In this document: piece by piece, positions 54,156 through 63,831 of the stretch | Layout: each line of letters opens with the position of its first letter | How positions within the stretch are numbered: the first letter of the stretch is position 1 | DNA from: a virus | Strand: one strand, 5' to 3' | Length of the DNA stretch: 64,000 nt | IMG/VR virus record: IMGVR_UViG_3300045012_000066 | Span: 58,464 to 122,463 of that record | The notes under the pieces: generated by a model | The model's input: only the letters and a program-made list of their open reading frames with translations | Databases searched by the model: none | What the model was told of the DNA's origin: nothing | Program-made: the position numbers and the translations under genes

Positions 54156-57100
54156 ATGGCTCAACAAGCTCAACAGGACACATTGCCACCGGGATTCAGT
54201 TTTGACTCCCCGGCCAGTCCTCCGCCGTCATCGCTTAACGATCTAAAGGCGGAAGCTGTCAAGCAGAAGCCAGTCACGCCGCCCAAGGGCTATTTTCAGG
54301 ACGCCTCAGCAGCGCCGACCGCGACCGCAACCCCGACCCCGCCAGCAGGATACTTTGAAGATACCGAAGCGGGCGAGAGTCCCGGCACGAAGCAGTTGCA
54401 CAAGGTTGCCAAATGGGCGACCACTCCGCTGATCCCAGAGCCAAGCGAAAAGACCAAGCTGAAAATAGCCGCTACGCTCACTGGCAGCACACCTGAGAAG
54501 GTCGCGCAGGAGCATCCGATTGCACTGGGCGTCGGCGAAGGCGTATTGGAATTCGGGCGCAGTCTGTCTGAGCCATTAAACATCGCCACGATTGCCGGTG
54601 GCCCGATCATCGGCAGTACAGGAGAAGCTCTCAATCTCTCTCCAAGGGTTATTCAGGGCGTCTCTGCTGCGCTGTCCGGCGTGTTCGCAGCGCAGGCGGC
54701 GCACGGAACATACAAAGACGCCAAGACCGCCTACCAAGCGTATTTGCAGGGTAATAACCGCGTTGCTGCGGAGTCTGCAACCAACGCTGCTTTAAATCTG
54801 GGCGCGGCGCTATTCGCCGGGAAGCACGCGGTGAAGGGCGGTTACGAGGCTTTCAAGGGGCGCATGGGAGAGTCTCTGTCCGGCCCCGAGATTGTCGAGC
54901 CTCCGGATGAAGGTGCCCCGCCGTCACCACCTCCCGGTGGAGGTGGTGGGGGTGGTGATCTTGAGGAGCAGATAAGACTGGCACGTCAACGGGAACTGGA
55001 AGAGACGCGTGCGATTCAGGATCGTAAGGCCAAACACGCGGAAGTCTCCGCCGCAGTGCGCCGCGATCTGGAGCAGGTACTTCCTGAGGATCGACAGGCC
55101 GTCTTAGATGAACTCAATCAGCGCGGGAAGACGGCATACGATCAAGGGAACTTGGATGCAGCAGGCGAAGCGGCCCATCACGCATGGGTGATGGAACAGA
55201 TCATGCAAGAGGCGCTTCCGCAGCCCGCTCCGCAGCCTGTCGTTAGCGAGGTTCCTCCGGAAGAAGAACCACCGGCCCCGGCTACTCCTATTGTTTCTTC
55301 GGACCCGCGACTGGCCCCGCGTGGCGGTGGCGGCGGTGGGGCACCATCCGCAGCGCCCCAACGCGGTGCGCCTGTGGCCGTGATGGAGCGCGAAGAAGCT
55401 CCTGAAGCAGAGTCGGTACAGGGAACGCTGTTTAGCGGTGCTCCTGAAGTGGCTGAGCCTGTCGAAGAGCCGACGAAAACGGTAGGGGAAACCGCCGCCG
55501 AGATCGAAAGGATGGATCGACAGGCAATACTGGACGAACTCGGCGTAAAGGAAGGCTCTTTCGATGCAAAGCAGTCAAAGAAGCGGCTGGCAAAACTGCT
55601 GGCCCTGAAGCGTGCCGGTGAGAAGAAGCCTGCATCGGCTACGGCTGGTCCTCAGCCCATTACGCCAAAAGCTGCGGCCAAAAAGCCGTCAAGGAAGGCA
55701 GCGGCAGAGCAAGCGGCGGCAGATCGGAAATTGGCTGACCACTTCACTCCCGGCAACGTTATCTTCAACGACTACTGGAAAAACTACGACAAAGTTCTGC
55801 AATTCGAGCCATCGGCAGAGGGTGAGCCATGGAAGGTGCAGGTCATTGGAACGGACGTAGACGGCAATCCTCGCCCCGGAGAGCGCCCGAGATGGCACTT
55901 TACCTATCCAGACAGCAAGGACACGGTCGTTTCCCGCGCCCCGCAGGCTGCGCCAGCGACTCCCATCCTCATACCGACATCCACGACACCCCCAGCCACC
56001 ACACAAACGCAAGAGCCGGGACTTGTGGACAAGGTGGCAAAGGAGGTCAGCGCGAAAAAGAGGGGCGCGAAGCGCGAAAAGGTCGCGGCTGCACCTGAGA
56101 CGGCTCCTGTTGCGACTGAGACTGTACAGCCGCCTCCCCCGGCTCCTGTAGCCACGCCAGTGATCGAACCGGAAGCGCCTGTGGCTGAACAACCGGCCAC
56201 GCCATCGCCAAATCTACGCAGGCAGCGCTTGTTATACGAAGAGGCGAACCGCAAGCTGGAGGAATCGAAAAGGCAGAATCCGAACACGCCATCCGCCTAC
56301 CGTGCGCAGGCGGGCGCAGTTACGAAAGCCTTCAATCGTCTTGCCAAGCAGTACACAAACGAGTTTCCACAAGATACGGAGCGGCAAGGATTGGCGGATT
56401 GGCTCAGGAAAAAGCCGGAAGACTCTATCGTGCCGCCAGTACCAGAAGAGGCTGTAGCCGCCGAACCCGAGACTCCTGCGCCAACCCCGGCTGCTGCACC
56501 GACACCGCCTACCCCCGCGCCAACTGCTAAGCCAATCACAGTAAACCGTCTTTCAGGGATGGTGTGGGAAGTTCCGGGCACGGATTACACCATCCACTAT
56601 CTCGGTGATGACAAGTTCGATGTCCGCAAGGGCGGTGAACCTATCGGTACAGCGCCGAGTGTGGGCGATGCTAAGGCTCAGATACAGGCACATCAAGCGT
56701 CAGCTTGGGAAGCACCGACGCCCGGTGAACTCGGGGCCACGGCGAGGGCGAATAAAGCACGCCGCGAAGCTCTCACAGCAGCCGCGCCACCAACTGGTCC
56801 GGATACCGCAGTAGTTAAAAACGCGCTGACCAAGGCCGGATTGCATGATCGAACCACAGCACGAGTGATCAATCAGGCCGTGAAAAAGAGGCTGATCCAG
56901 TCGCCAGAGCAATTAAGTGAGGTTCTTCAGATCGCCAACGCTATCAGGTCGATGGACCCGAAAGTCACAAAAGCTGCGGCGGTGATTGAAGCGAGTCAGT
57001 TCGACGGGTTGGCGCATCTGGAGGCAACAGCGGCGGCGAAAGAGGGAGACTTTCCACCGGGTGTTGTTGCGCGGGCGCGGCAGGTCTGGCACGCGGCCAT

Positions 57101-60100
57101 GGAAGAAGAGGCTGATCCTTACGTATCAGCAGCCCGCGTAGCAGGCGGCAAGGTCAAGATGGGTGCTGATCCAAAGGCGCTTGCTGAAGTACTGGGTTCC
57201 AGTCTCTACGGGAAAGACCCTGCAACTGTAGTTACAAAAGAGTTGACGCAGAATGCATGGGACGCACTCCGGCCCGCAACGGGCGCGAAGGAAATTAATA
57301 TCCGTCTCGATCACAGCGAGAATACGGTCACTGTTAGCGACACCGGTCTCGGTATGACAGAGCAGGAACTGGTAACAGTTTTTACTGATCTCGGTCGCAC
57401 GGGAAAGCTTACTCAGGTAGATGCGTCTGGTGGATTCGGGATTGCCAAAGCAGCACCATTCATGATGCCTGAATCTCTTACGGTGACTACCGTAGTGAAA
57501 GAAGGCGGGAAGTTCTTGGAGCACTCCTTCGTTTCGACACCGAAAGAGATTGTGGGCAAGGGTGTGGAGATTCACACGAGGGAATTACCGTCGCATCCGG
57601 AGCCACAAACGGGCACGGTAATTAAAGCGAAGTTCGCAGCAGATACGAGCCTGTACTACGCTGAAAAGTTTGCCCGCCAGTCACAGCACTCGATTAATCC
57701 TCCGGGAACGCTGAAGGTTTCGAATGGCTACGGCGATGACAGTCCAGCCGCTGCGGAACTTGGCACGGCTCCGCTGGTGGTCGCGAAGGCCACGGGAGCA
57801 AAGCTGTCACTCTATGCCAGCCCGGAAACAAGACTGGGAACTGGGGGTAAGTACAGCGGATTAAAAGTTGAGGTCAATAACAACGGAATTTACCAATTCG
57901 ATATCGAGGTCCATCCCCCCGCGAAAGACATGAAGCTCCCGGCGCGGGTCGCCGTCAATGTACAGGCAATAGTACGGGAGCGCCACCCAGACTATCCGTT
58001 TCAGGCAAATCGCGAAGCGTTCCGCAATGCGGAGGTTGAAAGCAAGGTTAGAGATTTAGTGAAGGAGCACATCTTCAGGGAAATCTTCAATCAGCGCAAC
58101 CGGGAAATCTCGGCTGCGATCCGCGATCTGCCAACGATAAACATCGGCGCAACGGAAATTCCGATTTTCGATTCCGGTAAGCGGTTGACGCCGGTTGAAA
58201 TCGAGCAGCTACAGACAGACCCGGCATTCATCGATCTGGTACATACCATTCATCAGCTTACGCAAGCCGCGATTGCCCGTCTTTCAACAGAAAAGCTCCC
58301 GACAATAAGAGATCATTACGGGCAGGTTGTTGACCTAAATGGCTTGGGTAGCAAAATTAAAAAAATTGGCATGGTATTCAGCGATACGTTGCACGGAGTG
58401 CATATCACCGATCCAACGGACGCAGACAATACTCTGCTGTTTGTAAATCCGTTTTCGTTCGCGCAGAACAGTACCAGCACGGCCCGTGCCGCCAGCACTG
58501 TCTGGCATACAATTAAGCATGAGATTATTCACGACAAGGTAAAGGGTCATAACGAGACTTTTACCAGCGCAGAAGCGATAGTAGCGGGAGCACTGGGCAG
58601 CAGAAGTGAACTAGCCTCAATTCAGGAACTAGAGGATGTTTATGCGGACACCGATAACCCCGGAGCAATACGCCCAGACCTTAATTCAGCGCTACAACTC
58701 TATGCGGACTCTCGTGGACGACCAGAAACTGTTTCAGATCTTTTTAGGGGCGAAGGACTCGATACAGGAGAGCACGGTGGGGCCGAAGGTGGCGCAGGAG
58801 ATGAGGGACGCCTACGACCTAGCCCAGAGGGGACTCTTCCCGAACATGTCCAACCCCTGAGGGCGAAGAAGGGGCCGGGGACAGTCACCGAAGTCAAAAC
58901 TGAAGCAGAAGCCGGTAAGCCAGACTGGCTGCAACGCGGCGTGCAGGAGTTCATCGAAACACGCGGCGGGCGATTCTCCGTTGCCCCTGAAGTGGCTCCT
59001 GATGTCAACGCCACGGACATCGCTGACGCCTACGACGCGATGAAGCACGAGCCGGATAGTCCGGCAGTCAAAGCTTCCTATGAGGCCCTGAAGAAGGACC
59101 ACAGGGGCATTGACGCGCAGTGGGATTACGCCACCAAGAAGCTGGGCATCACCTTCGAGCCGTGGAACAAGCCCGGACAGCCATACGCTAATTCCGCCGA
59201 GATGAAGGCGGATGTAGACAACAACAAGCACCTCTACTTTTTCCGGGGTGGCGAGATGCCTGCGGATCACCCCATGGTGGAGGTCGATCCGAAGACCGGG
59301 TATACCTACAACGAGAAGATGCGGGCCATCCACGATCTGTTTGGCCATGCCATGCGCGGTCACCAGTTCGGCGCGAAGGGCGAGGAGAATGCGTGGGCCG
59401 ATCACTCGCAGGCATTTTCCCCGGCAGCGATCCCGGCCTTAACCACCGAAACCAGAGGCCAGAACTCTTGGGTGAACTACGGGCCGCAGATGCGGCGTGC
59501 GGACGGTACGCTAATTAAGAAAGGCGACCCGGATTGGATACACCCATCTAACCGGAAGTACGCCGAAAATAAAGCCGGGTTACTACCACAAAGATTTCAT
59601 TACCGGCAGGATGCCCCTCTGGTGCTGGTCAGCCCCAACACCTTCAACCTGAACGTGACGCAGGCGGAAGCACAGCTAAAGACCCGTCTCCACAAGCAGT
59701 TTGCACAGCAGGCTCACCAACTGGCGCAGGACATGGGCCTGAACGTAACCATTGAGCATTCGCTGGGATCGTGGAAGGGCGGAGCCGAAAACTCCATTGC
59801 GATCCGTCTTCCATTCGGCACCGATCCCGACCTCGTGAAGTTCTACGAAGCCCAGCTTGGCCGCTTAGGGTTTCAGTTTGCGACCGGTAGCTTCACTCCC
59901 AGCCCTGAAGGTAAGGACCATATCTACCATTTCTGGGTAGATAAGAACATATCAACTGGCACGCTGGCCAAGGCTTTGCTGAATAACGACATCGGAAATA
60001 GTACAATAGTTCCAGTAAAGGACGGTTACGGAGTTACTCTCGTCGGCAACGGCGATGAGTTAGATGAAAGAGTTACTAATCTTGCCAAAGAACTGGAGTT

Positions 60101-62564
60101 AAAAAATGTACGAAGAAATAGAGGAGTGGCTGAATTCCCCGGTTCCGAAATCGACCGCCCAACAGCAGAACGATTCTTTCTGGGACGAAGTCAAGACATT
60201 GAGCAAAGACGGCCATCCCTCGGCCTCGGGGCTATTCGTCGAAGGTGGGAATCTCGGCCCGACTATAAACATCTCTACAACGAACTCCGCAGCGCCAAAG
60301 AACCCAGCTTCGTCGAAGTAACCCACGGTTCGCGCACGCCGGAACTGGTTCAGATCGACCCCGCCTTCCACGGCAAAGGTCCACAGGGCGGGGGAGAGTC
60401 GAAAAGAAAAACAGCCTTCCCGGAGTACTGGGTTGACCGCTCCTACTTCCAGATCGAGGGCACTCCCGGCGAGCGGCCCTATAGCACCTACATCCACCAG
60501 TACGAAGGCGTATTCAATCGCGAAAACCTGTACAACTTCAGCGACGATCCCGATAACCTGAAGGCGAAAATCCCAGATCGTCTCCGGGGGAGCGAAGCCG
60601 GGTTTTCCACTTACTACGAAAAATTAATTCACGATGCTGGCTACGACGGATATTACAGTCCTGAGCGGGGGACGGTCGCCGCCTTCAGCAGGACACCTGT
60701 CGAGCAGAGGTTGAAAGCGGGCGAGGTGAAGCTGCCCGCCGCAGGAGAGCCGACCGAGGGCTTCACCAAGGGAGGACACTGGGCCGGGGCCGGGAACGCC
60801 GCCAGCGGTGTCCTGCTGATCTCGGAAAAGACAGGCCGCATCGGACTTCCCCTGCGCGGTCCACGGGTACACACCCCCAACAAGTGGGGAACCGTAGGCG
60901 GAGCCGTGCAGCGCGGCATGACGCCAGAGGAAAGCGCACGCGCAGAAGTCGCTGAGGAGACGGGATACACGGGGCCGATGGAGATGATTCCGGCGCACGT
61001 GTTCGAAGACCGTGGATTTAAATATCACAACTTCATCGGCATCGTTCCCGAAGAATTCCCTTATCGGCCCGAGCCGCACGCCGCGTGGGAGACGCAGCGC
61101 TTCCAGTGGTTCGACCCGGAAGAGATCAAGCAGGGGATGCGCGAGCTTCCGAGCCAGTACCATCCCGGCCTGATCGAGTTATTCAGCAAGTCGGGAGACC
61201 AGATTGAGAACGCGCTTCCGAAACAAGGGCCGGGGCCGATTGAACAGGTAAAGGCTGAAGCGAAGCGCAAGGAGCCGAAGCCGCCGCGTGGCTCAACTGT
61301 GCCGCTGATGCAGTCCGTACTGCTGCCGCGCTACAAGGTGATCGAGGATATCGGCGGGCATCTTGAGGACTACACGCGCAAAACTCTGGATGAATTAGAA
61401 CCCGGCAAAACGTCCGTCGAGCACAGGGTTATGGTGAACCGGGCGGTGCGGATTCTGAGGGATGAACTCAAGTATCAACTGGCGCAGGAGAACAGCGGCG
61501 CGGACTGGTACAAGGGCGACATCAAAGTGCTCTTGGATGAGATGAAAAAACTGCATCCTGAACTGGACGACCTGACCAACGAACGGATGTTTCTTCTCCA
61601 TGTCGCGGCCACTTCGCCGGGTAAAACTGCGGCCTTTGAAAACGTCAACGTCGCCGAACAGGCGTACAGCCTTTACAAGAAAGATGGCGTGATACCGGAG
61701 ACGCAGGAAGACGGGACGCCTTGGGGAGTCTACGGGCCTGCACCTCTCAGGAGCGGTCAGGGCCTGCTGAGGTATTTCAAGGGTGACGTGGCCAAGGCGA
61801 TGGAATGGATGCTCACCAAGCATCCCCTGAAGGAAGTCGAGGATGTGAAGGCGAGGTCAGGCTACAGCAGAAACAATGTGAAAAAAGCGCTGCCGCCTGA
61901 TTACGATCCGGATGCAGTGTACGGCGCGTACATTCTGGGCGAGAAGGTTGGCCCCTTCTTCATGAACCTGAATGGCATCTCCACGGAGTTGACCGTGGAT
62001 CGCTGGTTTATGCGTACATGGAATCGGCTGATGGGCACGCTGATCGGGCCGAATCCGAAAACCGGGGAACTGCAAATCCAAGACGTACCACGCGGCAAGC
62101 ATGAGCGGGCTGCGATGGTCGATGCTATCGATAGACTACGCGAGGAATTCGGCCTTGAAACCAGTCAGGTCCAAGCTGCACTTTGGTACTACGAGCAGGG
62201 GCTATACTCACGGCTGGGACAGAGGGGGATGTTTGGAGGAACTTATGCCACCGCAGCGAAAGATGTCTACGATCTTCGATCCAAAGGCCATGCAAGTCGA
62301 GGCGAGGCAGATGCTCAAGAACGGAAAGATGCCTTCCGGGGCGGCGCTGGCGGCGGCGCTGGACCGCCTGCGGAAGGAGTACGGCCCGAAGATACTGAAG
62401 GCGAGGGAGTTGGACGAACAGGAGAACTCTTCGGAGACACCTCCTTCGACCCCGGAGAGTTCGGAGAGCCAAAAGTCATCCCGCTGAAAGAAGCGCAAGC
62501 GATAGCCAAGCGACAGACCCCGCGTGAGAAGCTTGCTGCCAGTCGAAAAAACAGGGGCCAGTGA
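54156..62564 (+). CDS. Giant polyvalent protein (GHKL ATPase, metallopeptidase-like, ART-like, Nudix, glycosylase-like)
   Basis: KELTQNAWDA / SDTGLGM / GGFGIAK; HEIIH; HDLFGH; THGS...YF...GYDGY; GGAVQRGMTPEESARAEVAEETG; GEKVGPFF.N...TVDRW...QAALW. Confidence 0.85.
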   Translation: MAQQAQQDTLPPGFSFDSPASPPPSSLNDLKAEAVKQKPVTPPKGYFQDASAAPTATATPTPPAGYFEDTEAGESPGTKQLHKVAKWATTPLIPEPSEKTKLKIAATLTGSTPEKVAQEHPIALGVGEGVLEFGRSLSEPLNIATIAGGPIIGSTGEALNLSPRVIQGVSAALSGVFAAQAAHGTYKDAKTAYQAYLQGNNRVAAESATNAALNLGAALFAGKHAVKGGYEAFKGRMGESLSGPEIVEPPDEGAPPSPPPGGGGGGGDLEEQIRLARQRELEETRAIQDRKAKHAEVSAAVRRDLEQVLPEDRQAVLDELNQRGKTAYDQGNLDAAGEAAHHAWVMEQIMQEALPQPAPQPVVSEVPPEEEPPAPATPIVSSDPRLAPRGGGGGGAPSAAPQRGAPVAVMEREEAPEAESVQGTLFSGAPEVAEPVEEPTKTVGETAAEIERMDRQAILDELGVKEGSFDAKQSKKRLAKLLALKRAGEKKPASATAGPQPITPKAAAKKPSRKAAAEQAAADRKLADHFTPGNVIFNDYWKNYDKVLQFEPSAEGEPWKVQVIGTDVDGNPRPGERPRWHFTYPDSKDTVVSRAPQAAPATPILIPTSTTPPATTQTQEPGLVDKVAKEVSAKKRGAKREKVAAAPETAPVATETVQPPPPAPVATPVIEPEAPVAEQPATPSPNLRRQRLLYEEANRKLEESKRQNPNTPSAYRAQAGAVTKAFNRLAKQYTNEFPQDTERQGLADWLRKKPEDSIVPPVPEEAVAAEPETPAPTPAAAPTPPTPAPTAKPITVNRLSGMVWEVPGTDYTIHYLGDDKFDVRKGGEPIGTAPSVGDAKAQIQAHQASAWEAPTPGELGATARANKARREALTAAAPPTGPDTAVVKNALTKAGLHDRTTARVINQAVKKRLIQSPEQLSEVLQIANAIRSMDPKVTKAAAVIEASQFDGLAHLEATAAAKEGDFPPGVVARARQVWHAAMEEEADPYVSAARVAGGKVKMGADPKALAEVLGSSLYGKDPATVVTKELTQNAWDALRPATGAKEINIRLDHSENTVTVSDTGLGMTEQELVTVFTDLGRTGKLTQVDASGGFGIAKAAPFMMPESLTVTTVVKEGGKFLEHSFVSTPKEIVGKGVEIHTRELPSHPEPQTGTVIKAKFAADTSLYYAEKFARQSQHSINPPGTLKVSNGYGDDSPAAAELGTAPLVVAKATGAKLSLYASPETRLGTGGKYSGLKVEVNNNGIYQFDIEVHPPAKDMKLPARVAVNVQAIVRERHPDYPFQANREAFRNAEVESKVRDLVKEHIFREIFNQRNREISAAIRDLPTINIGATEIPIFDSGKRLTPVEIEQLQTDPAFIDLVHTIHQLTQAAIARLSTEKLPTIRDHYGQVVDLNGLGSKIKKIGMVFSDTLHGVHITDPTDADNTLLFVNPFSFAQNSTSTARAASTVWHTIKHEIIHDKVKGHNETFTSAEAIVAGALGSRSELASIQELEDVYADTDNPGAIRPDLNSALQLYADSRGRPETVSDLFRGEGLDTGEHGGAEGGAGDEGRLRPSPEGTLPEHVQPLRAKKGPGTVTEVKTEAEAGKPDWLQRGVQEFIETRGGRFSVAPEVAPDVNATDIADAYDAMKHEPDSPAVKASYEALKKDHRGIDAQWDYATKKLGITFEPWNKPGQPYANSAEMKADVDNNKHLYFFRGGEMPADHPMVEVDPKTGYTYNEKMRAIHDLFGHAMRGHQFGAKGEENAWADHSQAFSPAAIPALTTETRGQNSWVNYGPQMRRADGTLIKKGDPDWIHPSNRKYAENKAGLLPQRFHYRQDAPLVLVSPNTFNLNVTQAEAQLKTRLHKQFAQQAHQLAQDMGLNVTIEHSLGSWKGGAENSIAIRLPFGTDPDLVKFYEAQLGRLGFQFATGSFTPSPEGKDHIYHFWVDKNISTGTLAKALLNNDIGNSTIVPVKDGYGVTLVGNGDELDERVTNLAKELELKNVRRNRGVAEFPGSEIDRPTAERFFLGRSQDIEQRRPSLGLGAIRRRWESRPDYKHLYNELRSAKEPSFVEVTHGSRTPELVQIDPAFHGKGPQGGGESKRKTAFPEYWVDRSYFQIEGTPGERPYSTYIHQYEGVFNRENLYNFSDDPDNLKAKIPDRLRGSEAGFSTYYEKLIHDAGYDGYYSPERGTVAAFSRTPVEQRLKAGEVKLPAAGEPTEGFTKGGHWAGAGNAASGVLLISEKTGRIGLPLRGPRVHTPNKWGTVGGAVQRGMTPEESARAEVAEETGYTGPMEMIPAHVFEDRGFKYHNFIGIVPEEFPYRPEPHAAWETQRFQWFDPEEIKQGMRELPSQYHPGLIELFSKSGDQIENALPKQGPGPIEQVKAEAKRKEPKPPRGSTVPLMQSVLLPRYKVIEDIGGHLEDYTRKTLDELEPGKTSVEHRVMVNRAVRILRDELKYQLAQENSGADWYKGDIKVLLDEMKKLHPELDDLTNERMFLLHVAATSPGKTAAFENVNVAEQAYSLYKKDGVIPETQEDGTPWGVYGPAPLRSGQGLLRYFKGDVAKAMEWMLTKHPLKEVEDVKARSGYSRNNVKKALPPDYDPDAVYGAYILGEKVGPFFMNLNGISTELTVDRWFMRTWNRLMGTLIGPNPKTGELQIQDVPRGKHERAAMVDAIDRLREEFGLETSQVQAALWYYEQGLYSRLGQRGMFGGTYATAAKDVYDLRSKGHASRGEADAQERKDAFRGGAGGGAGPPAEGVRPEDTEGEGVGRTGELFGDTSFDPGEFGEPKVIPLKEAQAIAKRQTPREKLAASRKNRGQ
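58642..58860 (+). CDS. Nested +1-frame ORF 1 (72 aa) inside the polyvalent gene
   Basis: GAGG 6 nt before ATG; MRTPITPEQYAQTLIQRYNSMRTLVDDQKLFQIFLG... Confidence 0.45.
   Translation: MRTPITPEQYAQTLIQRYNSMRTLVDDQKLFQIFLGAKDSIQESTVGPKVAQEMRDAYDLAQRGLFPNMSNP
60106..60321 (+). CDS. Nested +1-frame ORF 2 (71 aa) inside the polyvalent gene
   Basis: GGAG-TTAAAAA-ATG; MYEEIEEWLNSPVPKSTAQQQNDSFWDEVKTL... Confidence 0.45.
   Translation: MYEEIEEWLNSPVPKSTAQQQNDSFWDEVKTLSKDGHPSASGLFVEGGNLGPTINISTTNSAAPKNPASSK
62245..62487 (+). CDS. Nested +1-frame ORF 3 (80 aa) inside the polyvalent gene
   Basis: GGAGG-AACTT-ATG; ...MQVEARQMLKNGKMPSGAALAAALDRLRKEY... Confidence 0.55.
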   Translation: MPPQRKMSTIFDPKAMQVEARQMLKNGKMPSGAALAAALDRLRKEYGPKILKARELDEQENSSETPPSTPESSESQKSSR

Positions 62565-62724
62565 ACCGGCCAGCGCGACGTGCCCGCCCCACGTCAACAG
62601 GGAAGGCCAGCAGTCCAACCCGGAAGCAGTGGAGCGAGAGCGCCTGCGCCTTTCCTATTATTGCTTAGGTGCGGTTTTAAGCATCCAATGTTTCTGCCGG
62701 GAGGGGTTGAGATCGAGGTGTCGC

Positions 62725-62913
62725 ATGATCTCAATTCTCATCACCATTATTATCGTCGCGCTTGTACTGGGACTGCTGTTCTGGGCGTTGTCGTTTCTGC
62801 CGATCCCGCAGCCGTTTCTCAATATCATCAAGTTTGCGATTGTGCTGGTGTTCGTTATCTGGCTGCTGTACACGCTGCTGCCGCTGGCTGGGGCGCATCC
62901 GATGCTGCGCTAA
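62725..62913 (+). CDS. Small two-TM membrane protein (62 aa)
   Basis: GAGGTG SD; MISILITIIIVALVLGLLFWALSFLPIPQPFLNIIKFAIVLVFVIWLL. Confidence 0.75.
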   Translation: MISILITIIIVALVLGLLFWALSFLPIPQPFLNIIKFAIVLVFVIWLLYTLLPLAGAHPMLR

Positions 62914-62922
62914 AATTATGTC

Positions 62923-63831
62923 GTGAACTCCCCGGAACTGTTAACCGGCTTTGAGCGCTGCGGACGCATCCCGTACTGGGGTAGGAGTTGGAAGTTCCGC
63001 AAATTGAAGCCGGTGGAAATGCTGGAGGCCGGGGTCCATGCCGGACTCACGGAACTCACCAGAAGTGATTATGGTGAGTTAGCCGGGGAAGAGGTCTACG
63101 GCTTTGGCTCCGATCCCGGTATCGATTCCAAGCAATACGACCAGCACACCGAGGTCGTACATCTGGCCTGTATCGCCGACATCGTCACGTCCGCGATCCG
63201 CCGACCCGGTGGCGATCCATGGGTGCCAGCGCCGCCACTCGATCACTGGAAGTCAGGCTGCTACCTTTCGCCTCAGCGAAATTACCTGCGCAGGATCGTC
63301 TTCGTCACAAGCTGGAGCGACGACAAGCATTACAGCCTCTGCCGCTCGTGGGAGAGCCTTGCTGAAACCTGTTTTCACAACCTGCCTATGCAGTTGGTGG
63401 TCGTGCATCTGGGCAAGCACCTAAACGGGAAGTATCACTCCTACTGGTCGCACGGCCTGCGCCACCCGGCCAACAAAGTACTGCGCTTCCGCAAGCGGAA
63501 TAACACCGCTGAGCCGTTCAAGGAATCGTGGATCGAGGTCTGGCGCGAAGACTACGACGATATCTCCACACACGACTGGCTACAGGGAATGCTGGCAGAC
63601 GGCGTGCTTCAGGATTGCTTAAAGAGGTACGACATCCCGGTGCCGAAAGAGGAAGCGCGGGAGCGCATCAAAGCGCTGGCGCTGAAGAAGCTGGAAATGA
63701 TCCGCAATACGACCGAATTGCCGGATCAGCAGATGAGTACCTGCGATTGGCCCGTTCCTTGTGTTTTCCGCACGCCCTGTCACGCCCAGCAGGAGCCGGG
63801 TCCGGCGTATGGGTTCATCCGGATCAGCTAG
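62923..63831 (+). CDS. Cas4/RecB-like PD-(D/E)XK-fold protein (tentative)
   Basis: N-terminal FERCGR plus C-terminal CDWPVPCVFRTPC (1+3 Cys pattern); catalytic residues unclear. Confidence 0.4.
   Translation: MNSPELLTGFERCGRIPYWGRSWKFRKLKPVEMLEAGVHAGLTELTRSDYGELAGEEVYGFGSDPGIDSKQYDQHTEVVHLACIADIVTSAIRRPGGDPWVPAPPLDHWKSGCYLSPQRNYLRRIVFVTSWSDDKHYSLCRSWESLAETCFHNLPMQLVVVHLGKHLNGKYHSYWSHGLRHPANKVLRFRKRNNTAEPFKESWIEVWREDYDDISTHDWLQGMLADGVLQDCLKRYDIPVPKEEARERIKALALKKLEMIRNTTELPDQQMSTCDWPVPCVFRTPCHAQQEPGPAYGFIRIS

Noticed and set aside
59248-59442. Other alternative-frame ORFs in the large genes (e.g. 59248, 55612, 55829, 50436, 54592)
   Set aside because: Arg/Pro/Ser-rich frame-shadow composition and no convincing SD, unlike the three nested ORFs reported
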